Source: Octopus bimaculoides (lineage: Eukaryota). From it: DNA of 64,000 nt. Location of the stretch: NCBI RefSeq assembly GCF_001194135.2, contig NC_068983.1, forward strand, positions 105,450,036-105,514,035, read 5' to 3'. The notes below the pieces were generated by a model. It saw only the letters and a list, made by a program, of their open reading frames with translations. It searched no databases and was not told the DNA's origin. Both the position numbers and the translations under genes were made by a program. This document shows positions 49,575-62,125 of the stretch, in pieces. Each line of letters opens with the position of its first letter. Positions within the stretch are counted from its first letter, which is position 1.

Positions 49575-49624
<50 letters not shown>

Positions 49625-49717
49625 GATAGATACAGATGAATATGGCACTTCAGTTGAGGCACCAGAATTATGAAGCTAAATTTATAAGTTCTAAAATTTC
49701 AGAAGAATTTGTTGCTG

Positions 49718-49789
49718 GGCAGTTTAGTTTAATGGTAAAACACTTGACGCGTAATCACAGAGATGTGAGTTTGAGTCTCATGGCTGGCC
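49718..49789 (+). pseudogene. tRNA-Thr(CGT)-like pseudogene or SINE head
   Basis: Folds as a cloverleaf: acceptor 6/7 pairs, D-stem gttt/aaac, anticodon loop cgCGTaa with a defective stem, T-stem gtgag/ctcat with loop tttgagt (non-canonical TTC); T5 run about 10 nt downstream. Confidence 0.5.
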
Positions 49790-49984
49790 AGTAATATATT
49801 TTTCTGCAATATATGGATAATTTATCCTGATCACGCTATTTATAGCATTATCACGCGTTTGAGAAATAAATTTATTTCTGTATCATATATATATACATAC
49901 ATACATGCACACACACACACATATAGCTACATATATTTAGAAAGAAAAAACACATTATATATATACAGTATACATTTACATAGA

Positions 49985-51900
49985 CCAGAAAAATATGAAG
50001 AAAATACATAATTTTTTAACAGTTGTTTCAGGAAGCTTGGAATAATGTAATAATCAAAAAAGGGTATGCAGCAAGTAAACAATCATACAAAAGTCTGGCT
50101 CCTTCTCATCAAGAGAAGGTTGGCAAAAGTGATGAACATAGTAGTGCCGGAGATTCAAGTGGTTGAAGGAATGAGTAGGTAGAACAAGAGCAAAAAGCAG
50201 AGGGAGGGAGGGGGATTTCATGACAAGGAGGGAAGGAATAGAGTTAGAATAGAAGAAACAGAGGGAGGAAGGGAGAGGGTAAAGTTAAAGTCAGTGTGGT
50301 GAAAGCAAATGTCACTGGTGGTCAAGGGAATCTATCTAAGCAGGCAATAAATCAGTTAGGGATGACAGGTGAGCAGATGGAGAGATAAGAAGAGATAAGC
50401 AATGAAGGAAAGGAGCACAGTGGGAGCAGTGGAGGAAGGTATGCTGAGATAAGAAGAAAAGGAGAAAGTGCTGCTAGTATAGCTAGATAATAAGTAAAGA
50501 GCTTGACCACAATTAAGAGAAATCATAAAGACTTTATGTAATTGGAAACTGTGGAATAAAATTTATGCTTACACAAGATTACATGAGAGAACCTATTGAG
50601 TAATGAGGTATTATGATGGTGAACAATAACAAGTAATTCCATGCAACATAACTTACAAACATGATGGCTAGTGTTGTATGGTGAAGCCCCACAAACTACA
50701 GACCAAGATAAGAATAGAGAATATCCTAGGATTTTAGGTGGTGTATATAAGAAGCCAGTGAGGTAGAGAGTTTAGAGGCTCCATCTGAGAATGAATTCAG
50801 GTCAGCCTAGTAGTGCCACATGAAATCAACAGTGCCACAACTATAGACCCTAGTTTGGTGAGACCATGGGGTTATAACTTGACATTTATATACAACATTA
50901 TAATGTAAGCAAAATCCATCTGACAGACATGGTTGGGAGACCTGACAATTACAGGTTTTCCCTCTAGCAGTGGACTTAGGATTAATCCCTATTCTATGCT
51001 GATTCATATGATCAGTTATCCTCAAAGGAGGACCAGAGGTGTTAATGTTAGTAGTATGGGACTTGGAGAGGGTGTCACTACTGTTACATGTGTTAAGGTT
51101 ACTAGAACTAGGGCTGATGGTACTAGTGTGACTATCATTGAAGTGGGTAGGATTCCCAAAGTTCATAGTATTAGTATTTAGTGGGTTAAGGCGGGGTCCA
51201 AATGAATAGTTTATAGGGCCCACAGTAAGGCATCTAAATTTGCACCTATTGGAAGAGGCAATAATAGATCCTAAGTTTGGTGTTTTTGGAGTATGAGCTT
51301 TCAATTGAAGATTTATTAGAGATGGAGTAGTGTTTATAGTGTAATGGGAAATTAGAGCTTAGAATTTGGAAAAATAGCTTAGGTAAAGATTTAACTTGGG
51401 GAGAGAATGGTGAACTTACAACCCCTGAGGTGGCTGTAATACTGGGCAAGTACCGACCACAAGGAAATCCATTGCAGGGTGATTAGATGTGGATGGGTAG
51501 AGGCAAGCTTGGCAGGCTTAGATTCCACATTAGGAAAGAGAAGTGCAAGTTTTGTCTTTAGCCTAGTATTGGGAATGTAAGAGATTCTCTTGTAGAAGCC
51601 ACTATTCCTAAAAGCCTGGTATAACTAGCATGGGACATAATTATTAAAGATATCCTCATTAGCTGATAGGTGAAAAATCCTGATTGAAACACTAGCGATA
51701 ATGCTATTATGGGTAAATCTAGGGTAATTAGAAAGGACATTGATATATTGTAATCACTCTTTCAGGTCACTTCTTAGAAGTTAGTTGCTTTAATGCTATT
51801 TTCAAATGAGATAGAAAGGTTATAATTCTTAAAAAGTTATTGAGGATCTTCCAAGTACTTTCAATGAATGGTCGAGATATACTGGTGGCTGTAAGAAGAG
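49985..51900 (-). mobile_element. Decayed Penelope-like element (RT C-terminus, GIY-YIG, pyrimidine-rich 3' region)
   Basis: Minus-strand reads LSISFENSIKATNF*EVT, SNYPRFTHNSIIASVSIRIFHLSANEDIFN, SSPFSPQVK..FFQILSSNFP..., PNLGSIIASSN, KTCNCQVSQPCLSDGFCLHYNVVYKCQV..RVY, SPYNTSHHVCKLC. These are typical PLE RT-thumb, linker and endonuclease motifs. Confidence 0.85.
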
Positions 51901-52559
51901 CATTGTCCTCCAGATAGGCTAGGGAAGTGCTGGTTTATTTGAGAGCGAAGAGAAAGTTCAACCAGGTCGTATGTAGGTATGTATTGTGCGGAGGTGTGTG
52001 AATGTCTGTCTTTCTTCATCGTTGTATGTCGGTAAATAAAGTGAAAAAAAAAAAATTAGTGCTTTACGAAATCCCTCAAGATATCTTTTCTGCGTCGAGT
52101 TACAGGGACACTACCTTGTCACTCTGATTGTCAGAAATGTAGTGACGAATCAATGATTAATCTATTGCGCTATCGTTGTGTAAGTGCTTGTCATGAAATT
52201 CGCTGAAAGTAAATAAAATAGTTTACGCGTTTAATTCGTAATGCTAAAGACACCCAGTTGGTGGATCTATTCAATATCAGTCACAAAATACATATTTTTG
52301 TCACTTATTAGTAATCTACAAAGTTTCGTCTCCGTACCTTTTCAATTTGAATTTTATAAGTATAGTTTGAAGAAAATGGTATGATGATTCGGGCATCGTT
52401 CTTCATAAAAGATGTTTTATGAATAACATTTACCAAATTTTCCTGTATGATAATGATAGTTCATAAATTAAAATATATTTAACTTTTCATTGCATGATTA
52501 CTAAAATATAAACGAAGATACCAAAGTTTTTTTTCTTTCCTCTTTAAGACTACAATTCT

Positions 52560-52621
52560 AAAGTCCAATTTAACAGCAAATGTTGATTATTCACGTTATT
52601 GCAATTTTGTTTACGGTAAGT
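52560..52621 (+). promoter_or_regulatory. Possible TRIP13 5'-UTR exon end (donor CG|gtaagt at 52616), pairing with acceptor actaattcag| at 53140
   Basis: Consensus donor about 540 nt upstream of the ATG and an acceptor 17 nt before the ATG. No transcript data. Confidence 0.3.
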
Positions 52622-52724
52622 CGTTATTTTTATATTTTCATTATTTCAAATTATTCATTATCAAAAATTAAGTACCGAATGTTATATTAAAATATATTAA
52701 TTTTCGGCTTTTTAACTCTAAACG

Positions 52725-52727
<3 letters not shown>

Positions 52728-52775
<48 letters not shown>
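52728..52775. repeat. (TA)n microsatellite upstream of the TRIP13 ATG
   Basis: Seen directly. Confidence 0.95.
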
Positions 52776-52779
<4 letters not shown>

Positions 52780-53157
52780 AGACATTTAGCGACATTCAAA
52801 TGAGTCGGTTTATGATTTGGGCGGAAAGTTTGAAAAGTTTCCGTATGTCTTCTGCAATTCAATGATTTAGTTTAGTTTAGTTTTTTGTTCATTTCACAAT
52901 CCGCATTTAAATCTACGTGATTAATTAATTATCTTTTTACGAAAATATTATTCATCAGAACACAAATAAATGTTTTGCTTTTTTTTACAATTATTTGTTT
53001 AGCAACATAGTTTTAAATTTCCCATAATTGAAAGGAGAAAGAAAACGGAAAAGAAATTTAATACACTTCATATTATAATTTTTCAAACGAATTTTGACAA
53101 ATTGATCTCATTCTACGTTTTTCTGTTGAAACTAATTCAGTCGATAAACTGTAATTA

Positions 53158-53243
53158 ATGGATCGTGTTGCTGAATTAGAAAATGCCCTTCCTCACGATT
53201 TTCAATCGTTTTTCCACGTCGAAGTAGCACTGAAACCAGAAAG
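53158..53243 (+). CDS. TRIP13: TRIP13/PCH2 coding exon 1 (MDRVAELENALPHDFQSFFHVEVALKPE)
   Basis: ATG at 53158; donor GAAAG|gtatgt (phase 2). HVEV matches the N-terminal domain of human TRIP13 (TVHVEVHQRGS). Confidence 0.85.
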
Positions 53244-55679
53244 GTATGTATAATTTGGATTATCACTTGATGTTGCCTTTTTTTATTACTGAAAACTATT
53301 CCTGTTTATCATTAAAAACAATTCCTGAACAGAAGGTACATTGAACTTAATCATTTTGTTTCTTTTTAACCACACTGTTTTAGCAAACAGATAATCCATT
53401 TCATAACAGTGACATAAATCGATCGAAATGTTTATTTTTCTTAAGCTTATCTCACCATTAAAATGTACTTTATTTAACACTTCCACCTACGCAAGTAAAC
53501 GTCTACTTTAATTTGATTTTATATAGATTTTCTCTTTTATCTGAATGTTTCCTAAACTTTTTATACATGTGAGGCTTTGCACCTTTATTAGTTGGAATAG
53601 TTTATTTTTCAGCTCACTGAAATGTAAATTTATCGAACCAATTGGATCTTGTATTTTAAAATTAAAAAGTTGGAAAAAATACTTCGTTTAAAGACGTCTG
53701 AATTTACGTTTTTTTTAAAATCTAAAGTAAATAATAAATTGATTTTTAAGTAAGATTTTTTTTTTTTAATATACCAAACCATTATAAAGAAAGAGAAAAG
53801 TGTAAAACTGGAATTGTTTAACTTTTAGTAAGCTTGCTGAAAGTATGAATTATTGTAAGCAGTGGGAAATTTTAAAAGGATTCTTCAATTAAAGTGATAT
53901 CTTTGTTTGGACAGGAGACTGATTCTCACGTTCAAATGAAATATTTAATGACTGAAATGAGTTTGGAAAAGGAAAAGTTACCACAGCATTTTCTCATCAA
54001 AATGTAGAAAGATAAATAAAATGATACATTAAACTATTTAGCTTTTGAGTTCGAATTTTGCATATGGTTCCTCCAGCTCTGTGTAAGATAGTTCGGCAAT
54101 GCTTCGTTCATTGGTACCAATAACGAAACATTGCCGATAATTCTATTTATTTCATGTTACTTATTGGATAAATAAAAACTGGTTCACCTAAAAAAAAAAT
54201 TAACATATGAGGCTAGTATCCAATTTAGGGAGAGATTTATTTTTCATTTACTTGTTCTTTCTGTAATATCTCCAAGAGCCTGTGGTTTCATGTTTCTTTA
54301 ACCCAGATAGTTGTCTTAACATAATGGCTAGGGTGCTAAGGATATGAAAGAAGTTAGAGAAATGGCGCTTGGCGAAAAGTGATTGATTTCTGTCTTTCTC
54401 AAAAGGGAGTTTAGATTATATTAGGCATGTGAGGGAACTCTAATGCCGTATGATGCTGAGAAATGGATTGTGTGACAAGGCGGCTAACTGGCAGAACGTC
54501 TTTACATTCTGAGTTCAAATTCCACCAAGGTCGACTTTGCCTTTCATCCTTTTGGGCTGATAAATAAGTACCAATTGATGACTGGATTTGACATAATCGT
54601 CTGACCCACTCCCCCAAATTTTTCTAGAAAAAGTTAAATATCTCCAGCAATTCAGCTTGGAAAACTACATTAATGTACCAAATGTTAAACTTTTAAATAA
54701 ACTTTGATTTTTGAAATCTTGGCAGCCAAACAGAACAGATTCATAATCTTGAATACATTTTACCTTAAAGCTAGTATAATCATGACTCAAACACTTTTGT
54801 TCAATCAGTGCTGCCTAGGCATTCAACCATTGAAATAATCATTATAGGATGGCTCTACTTGCTATAAATAGTAGCCAAATCTCCCTTATATCACACTATT
54901 AAAATGAGAAGATTTGTAACGGTTGTTGTTTATGTTGAAGGCAAAGATGTTGATGTTGACTCCAAGAAAGAAAGACAGTGGCTAAAGTTATAGATAACAT
55001 ATTTATTTCACTATTACATATAATTAAAGCTAAACCATGATGGGCAGGCATGTATAAAAACCGTCAGAAAGCATATGAGGTAATGAGAGTTATATTTTCT
55101 TGTAAAAGGATAGATAGCGTTGGACTTATTTATTCCCTGTTGTTCTAGCAGCAGTAACTAAAAAGATCAAGTGATGTTGAAACAAAAAGTGAGCGAGTGA
55201 GAAAGAGAGTGGTGGACGAGATAACTGTATCGCTGGTGAATGTCATAGCTGCCCCTCTGTGACGTTACTTCTGTTAAGACGGTATTTCATTCGTGCTGGT
55301 CGGTCTCACTCACTGCCTTTTCCTTACAGAATCTTGTATTTATTATTGTGCAGACTACCTAGGAAAATGGATATATCGTTATAATTATAACTAAATTAAT
55401 ATAGATCACACTTTGTTTATATAAACTTTCAGTGGTATAGCAAGGTCATGGGTCAAACAGAGAACACATTTATCAGTGTTCCCTTTTGACAGACAATAGA
55501 CCGTATGGCTAGGGAGAATTTCAAGATGCGGTTTCAGATCTTGACTAGGGAGAGAAATTCGATTTCCACAGATATATTTGTCCAGGATAATGTAGACCTG
55601 GATATATTATACCTGAAACAAAATTGGGACAATCATAGCTTGAACACCTTTGATCATAAAGTACCACCAACAAGGGATC

Positions 55680-55765
55680 CTCTATATGATCGCTTGACCT
55701 GCAAGAAATTGCTGTCAGATTTTCTTCAAATTACACCCTACTGTCTTAAAAAGGAGAATCACGCT
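55680..55765 (+). repeat. Unclassified old dispersed repeat (family D)
   Basis: The motif cctgctagaaata(a/g)cagccaaatctcc.tcaaatcacaccct..tgtcttaaaa recurs at about 12160, 13205, 18250, 54850, 58825, 59845(-), 60055 and 60555. Confidence 0.6.
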
Positions 55766-56495
55766 AGGACAGTCACAGTGAAATGCCTTTAATCTGAGGT
55801 CTTCCTGTTGAGGACGCAGGACCCGATACTTTTAATTCTAAGTGTTGTAAGAACAGCATTAAAGACTCTATCTTCATTCAGTATAGTCAAAACAACTCAT
55901 TTTTGTCAAGCTTTAACAGTCTTACAGCTCTTATGCAGTGAGTTAGGGTTTTTTCTGCCCCTACACTACATGTTTACAGTGTGATGGATTGGTCCCTTTT
56001 TAATGTTAAGGGTTATGGCCATATGTATAGTACAGTGCAGTTGTCAGAAAGTAAAACTCTCAGAAGTGAGGAACCTACAACACTTTTTGAAAGATGTGCA
56101 ATGTTTGAAGGAGAATCATTATACTGGAATACATTTATGTTGATTTAATTTAATCTTAAAGCCTATCTTTTCAGCTAATTACCTATTTTAGAAACACCTA
56201 TAGAGGTGCTTCTTCTAAAAGAATGTGTTTTCATTTTATTAAGGTATATATCATATAAATAATTACATTTTATAAAATTATAGATTTAGCTGGATGGAAT
56301 GGAGTATTATTTGGTCTTGTCCAATGGCAGTTAACTTCAGTATGGCCTTCCAATGAAAAAAAAGGGAAAAAAATTCCCCAGCTCTGCTCTAACTCTTATA
56401 TCCACATAATACAGTTCAATCAGTGTTGACACTTTGTTATAATTGAATGTGCTTTGGACAAACTAATGTATAAAAAATATTTTCTATTTTTACAG

Positions 56496-56661
56496 CATTG
56501 CTCGGAAAAATTTTATCAAAGAGCGTGTCAAACTATTCTTATATAATCAGAAGGTGGCTTATGGTGATTTTATTACCACAGAGTTTGATGATGAAGACTT
56601 AAAAACTCATGTAAAAAGTTTAGCTTTGTGTGATACAGATTTGAGCATCAGAGAAAGACAG
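56496..56661 (+). CDS. TRIP13: TRIP13 exon 2 (SIARKNFIKERVKLFLYNQKVAYGDFITTEFDDEDLKTHVKSLALCDTDLSIRERQ)
   Basis: Splice sites tttttacag| and CAG|gtatat; 166 nt, in frame. GDF..TEFDD matches human GDYTWTEFDE. Confidence 0.92.
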
Positions 56662-57640
56662 GTATATATTTATATTTCTTATTTTCATATTTTTTAAAAT
56701 ATGTAATTAATGCAGTAATTAAATATAGAAGTCTTTTATATATTTTTCTAGTTTTATGTAGACTGCATTCAGAAGGTAGTTGATTCTACTTATATTTATG
56801 AGTTGGGTGTAGGTCTTCATTGTTCAAAAGGGTCAGTCTACCTAGCTGTAAATAAATAAATATTAAAATTAAAAAAAAAAATTATGTGAGATTAATTGTA
56901 AACAAAGATTGAACCTATTTTTGTTTTGAGATATAGCAGTATTATCCATTGGTAGTATAAAGTTTTCAAAAATCTCTCATTATTTAAAGTTCTAAGCCTG
57001 ATTAATACCTTTGTGCTGTATTCACTGAACGGGGTGGGGAGAGAGAGAGAGAGATCTAACTCAGTTAGTCTTCCAAAATGCCTTCACACCAAATTAAATG
57101 TTTATTCATCTTTAATATATTTTCTATTTGAAAGTTAGAGAAGATCAGGTCCCATAACCATTTTCATTTGACATTCTGCTAGAAACTAGTAGTTACAGTG
57201 GTAACAAGTAAAGATATGAGTAAAAGTAAGTGATGCCAATGGGAGACAGTTCTGGGAGACTTTTCAGAAGAGAATCAGTGACAATGATAAGAGTAGTAGT
57301 TGATTATATTGAATACTGAAGGAACAGAATTAGTTAAGTTCTGAAGAGTAGAGAATGTTTTATCAGTGCAAGAGACACAAAGAAAATATAGGATGTGTAG
57401 TCACTATGGGTTTGCTTTTCCTGCACTTAGTTTTGAATGTGTTTTGTGCATATATGTAGTAGATGCACCATCTCTGATATTCAATTAACTCCTACTTTTG
57501 AAAATTCAACTTAATATCAATCCTCACTTTATCAAAAGGAGATATTAAATGAAAATTACAAAAAAAAGTATAAGCTTAATTCATTTTTTTTCTCTCTTAA
57601 ATAGTATAGATCTTGTATTTTGCACTCTTATATATTTCAG

Positions 57641-57823
57641 AGTATTGACTTACAGAGCAGCAATTTGAAAGTGCATGTTTTCCATTTACATGAAGATGGT
57701 CCCTCAGATGAAGATCTTGGAGATGATAGTAATTGTAGTGTTGCACAGATTTGGAACTTGCCTAGTTTATCCTTCTATAACATGTGGGATTTTCTAGTAT
57801 TTGATGAAGATATAAAAGCTTAT
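57641..57823 (+). CDS. TRIP13: TRIP13 exon 3 (SIDLQSSNLKVHVFHLHEDGPSDEDL...WNLPSLSFYNMWDFLVFDEDIKAY)
   Basis: Splice sites tatttcag| and TAT|gtaaga; 183 nt. LHEDGPS and W.LP..F..W..LV motifs present. Confidence 0.93.
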
Positions 57824-58112
57824 GTAAGAAACTTATTGATTATTCAAGAAAATTACTCATTCACTACAAAATATTTCCTTTCATTTTAATCCTGTTAGTT
57901 TTTTCTTTTTCTTAACTTTGTATTGCTTTTAAATATAAATTTTATAAGGAATATTCTAAAAGAATATGTTACTGAACTTATATTAAGTGCTCTATTATTT
58001 TGAGCAAATAAATATATATATATGTGTGTTTTTATATCATTAATAAATTTATAAAATTATCAATAATATTCACAGGAAATCAATATTCAAATTTCACTAA
58101 GTAAACTACACA

Positions 58113-59425
58113 TAAATGAATGGCTTGTGAGAGTTGTGCAAGCTATGTACAGAGGTGCCATTAGAAAAGTGAGTTTTTGCAATGAGTTCATTGAGGAATT
58201 TAGTGTGCAGGCATAGGTCCATCAATATTCAATTCTCAGCCCACTCCTGTTGTTATAGTTCTTCAGGCCATAAAAAAATTTAAACCAGTTGTCCATGGGA
58301 ACACCTGTATACTAATGACCTAATTTTCATAGCCGAAGCTGTAAAAGATTTAAAGAAATTCCTAATGTGGAAGTAAAACCTAGAATTGAGAGGTTGCAAC
58401 ATAAACTTAGCAAAGACAAAAGTTTTATTTAGCAGGCAAGAAGACTGGACTCCAGTGCCATTTGGGAAGCAGTCATACTCAATATAAAGAAAAAGAGTTG
58501 GTAGGAATTTCATACATTGTACTCAGTGTCAACTACGGGTACATAAGAAGTGTAGTGGGATCAAAAGTATGGTGACAAATGAGGAAGACTTTAATTGTTG
58601 CATATGCACAGGAGAATATAGTAATGTGATGACTCGTGAAATAACTTTTTTCATATCTTCAGAAGAATTCTAAGAAGTAGTTGATTGCCTCTGCTGTCTA
58701 GGTTACTTAACAGCGAAGCTGAGTGTTCCAAAAGCATAGTAGACAATAAGAGTTGGGTAGAAAATTTTCAAGGAGCAACAAGAGGATTCTCAAACCAATA
58801 AGAGAATGTGTACATGGTTGCCTGACCTGTTAGATACAGCCATATTTCCTCTAATCCCCTCTACTGTCTTAGACAAGAACACTTTGGATAATGTAGTTCT
58901 GGATTTCCCACACATAGGTAAAAGATGGGATGGTCATGGGCAGAATACCTTTGATCTTATATCTACTCAGTGTCAATCTAGGATTAAGTCTCCATAACAA
59001 TAAGGATTCTTGTGTACAATCTTGCATAGTAATGCAAAATAAACATTGAATGCAGAGGATGTGCAAAGGTTGGAAAGAAAGAAGACTAGCATGTTGCACT
59101 GGATGTGCAATGTTAGTGTGCATGAACGATGGAGTACAAATGAACTGAGAGGAAAACTAAGTATTAGTGGTGAGCAAGAGAGGAGACAATATTGGTATGG
59201 ACATGTGATGCATATGGAGGAAGACAGTTGGGTAAAGAAATGCCAAGTGATCCGCCATTGGAAGGAACCTGCAAAATGAGAAAATATGAAAAGTGTTAAA
59301 GGATTATCTCAAGAGGCTAAGCCTCATGAAGGTGATGACAAAAGATCTTAATGTGTGACAAAACTCTTTGTTGTAGAAGGTCCACCTAACCCATGCAAAC
59401 ATGGAAAAACCAATATAAAAATTAT
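58113..59425 (+). mobile_element. Older, more decayed RTE-type LINE in TRIP13 intron 3
   Basis: EWLVRVVQAMYRGA, VHQYSILSPLL, degenerate YADD (YTND, ~58307), Cys-rich segment, MNAEDVQRLERKKTSMLHWMCNVS, shared tail. Confidence 0.85.
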
Positions 59426-59527
59426 GATGGTGATTATTCAGTGAACCCAAAACAAAACTTTAATTTGGTACCAGTAATTATTTACTATCTGGTTTCCATT
59501 ACCTTGTTTTTTCTTTCTTTCAACCAG

Positions 59528-59618
59528 CTTTTGAATTATGCTATGACTACAATTCTCTTCTCTGATAGTAAAGTCAACAGTAATATAATCTCCTGGAATC
59601 GAGTAATTCTTCTGCATG
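59528..59618 (+). CDS. TRIP13: TRIP13 exon 4 (LLNYAMTTILFSDSKVNSNIISWNRVILLH)
   Basis: Splice sites tttcaaccag| and CATG|gtaagc; 91 nt. Highly similar to human LLDYVMTTLLFSDKNVNSNLITWNRVVLLHG. Confidence 0.96.
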
Positions 59619-60742
59619 GTAAGCACAGTTTCTGAAATTTACTATTATATAATTCTCTTTCTCTCTCTCATTGTAAGATGCTGAGAGATTTGAATATTGT
59701 TTGAACAAATGTCTTATCTGTTGTTCTTTAGCCTTGAGTAGTACCAGTGATCAAGCACACTTGTAATCAAAAGTGTTCCAGTTGTGACCATCCTGTTCTA
59801 TTATTTAGGAAAACTCTATCTAGGACATTTTTAATATGTTAAGGTGTGATTCAGGAGAGATTTGGCTGCTGTTTCTAGCTAATTGGTTGTTGTTACTGCA
59901 TCTTTGTATGACAATTCCACTAAGTAATGTTTCCTCTAGAAAAAGTTCTTTGGTAAAACAGATTAAGGAAAACAATTCCAAATAAACAAAATATAAAGTA
60001 ATGGATTTGTTAGGTTGATATCAAACAAAATAGGAATTCCTATGAAACCCCAATATGCTAGAAATATTAGCCAAGTACCTTCAGATTGCACCCTCCTTTA
60101 CTTAGTAAAAAAGTATACATTGGATAATGCAGTTCATTATCATCATCATTTAACGTCCGTTTTCCATGTTGGTATGGGTTGGACAGTTTGACAGGAATTA
60201 GTAATGCTGAGGTCCACACCAGACTCCATTGTCTGTTCAGTATGGTTTCTATGACTGGATGCCCTTTCCAACGCAGGGCTAGTCACAACTTGACTGCCTT
60301 TGATCATAGGTCTCTTTATCCATGGATCATCTAAGGTTGAACAACAACAATTATGAGATTAAAATGCAAGAGTGTAAACAGCATAATCATGACTTGAAAC
60401 CATACTCACAGCCATACTCTTGGATTCTGGACAAAACATAGTTGCTTCTGTTTGTGCACTTGTTTGACATGTGACAAATAGGTTTCATTCATATCTAATC
60501 TATTGAGCAGTAGTAAAACAGTTGCCTAGATAAAGAACTGTAGTTGTTTGACCTGCTTGAAATAGCAACCTAATCTTCCTCAAATCACACACCATCTTAT
60601 AAAAAGTGAACACATTGAATAATGTAGTCTTAGATACACTCTAGGACTAAGCAACAAGTGCTTCAATAAAGACCATTTCACTTTTGCTAGCATGGAAAAT
60701 TTCAATGAAACATTGAACAGAAAGCTTAAGAATCATCATCAT

Positions 60743-61130
60743 AGGTGCAGGCGCGGGTGTGTGGTAAGAAGCTTGCTTCCTAACTACATGGTCCTGGATT
60801 CAGTCTCACTGCATGGCACCTTGGACAAGTGTCTTCTACTGTATCCTCAGGCCAACCAAAGCTTTGTGAGTGGATTTGATAGAATATGGAAGAAGCTTGT
60901 CACATATCTATGTGTGTGTGTCTTTGTGTTTGTTCCTGTCACTGCTTGACAACCAGTGTTGGTGTGTTTATGTTCCCGTAAATTAGCAGTTTGGCAAAAG
61001 AGACCAATAGAATAAGTACCAGGCATAAAAGAAAATAAGTATTGGGTCAATACATTTTACTAAAAATTCTTTAAGGTGGTGCCCTGGCATAGCTGCAGTC
61101 TAATGACATAAACAAGTAAAAGATAAAAGA
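60743..61130 (+). mobile_element. Full-length family-A SINE in TRIP13 intron 4
   Basis: Colinear with the 12240-12630 copy from head to tail. Confidence 0.85.
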
Positions 61131-61364
61131 TCATCTTCTAATGTCCATCTTCCAAAGACTGCAGTGTGCTCCAGTGTCTACTTTAGCATGAGTTCTGCAG
61201 CTGGATATTTTTCTAGTGCCTACCACTTCACAGAGTATACGGGGTGCTTTTTTGTGATATTACCACTAGTGGGATTGTCTCGTAACTTACAAGATTAAAA
61301 CTCCCTTTGACTGAGTGAGGTTACTCTAGAGGGAGGAGCAGCTTTATACTGAGAGATGTGAGGA

Positions 61365-61578
61365 AGCATTCAGATTATTCAGTCAAATGTAATGCTTATT
61401 TATTGACATCATTTTGCTTTAATCATGCATAATCTTGTAGCTCTGAGATTTCAATGATGTGATTGTTTTTAGACTGACATTGTAGGGTAGGTGTAAGAGG
61501 CCAGATCCAGCTAGTTTAAACATAAAACAGGTAGAATATTTGGGCCTGATATGGCCAGTTTGAATGTTGAAGGGTTAA
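61365..61578 (+). mobile_element. piggyBac-like MITE, right end intact
   Basis: Ends TGAATGTTGAAGGG-TTAA, the reverse complement of the 46676 left end at 12/14. Confidence 0.55.
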
Positions 61579-61988
61579 AGTATGAAAGACGAGGCCAGAA
61601 CAGGTTTCTTACATTAGGAAACCTGTTTTGTTCTGCCCATTATAAATTGAAACAAATGTACTGTTTCAATTTATCTTTCATTGACTATATGGATGTTTAA
61701 GAATATTTTATCGTTTTGAGGTGATTTGGTTTTCATGATCATGCATCACCAAACCACTCAAATTGTTTCATGATCTACTACCGGTTCTTTTCTTTCTCCT
61801 TTTTATTTCTCTGTTGACAGATAAGTGAAGTTTATTCTTTTGCTTTCAACATAAAATTGCAGTAATGATGAGATGCAATCACACTACTTTCAAACCCAAG
61901 AGGCTATCATTTTATCTACTTGACCATCATGATTCTTTGTTAAAGAATAAAGTTTATTGATAATTTTCATTGATATTATATGTTCTAG

Positions 61989-62125
61989 GACCACCAGGGA
62001 CTGGGAAAACTTCTCTGTGTAAAGCTCTGGCACAGAAAATATCTATTCAACTATCCGACCGCTATAATTATGGCACATTGATAGAACTTAACAGTCATGG
62101 ATTGTTTTCTAAGTGGTTTTCAGAA
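61989..62125 (+). CDS. TRIP13: TRIP13 exon 5 ([46 protein letters not shown]); gene continues beyond window
   Basis: Splice sites gttctag| and GAA|gtaaga; 137 nt. Walker A GPPGTGKT and pore-loop KWFSE. Confidence 0.97.

Noticed and set aside
52140-52210. C/D-box snoRNA-like (GTGACGA...CTGA)
   Set aside because: Imperfect C box, no terminal stem, intergenic, and no recognisable guide.
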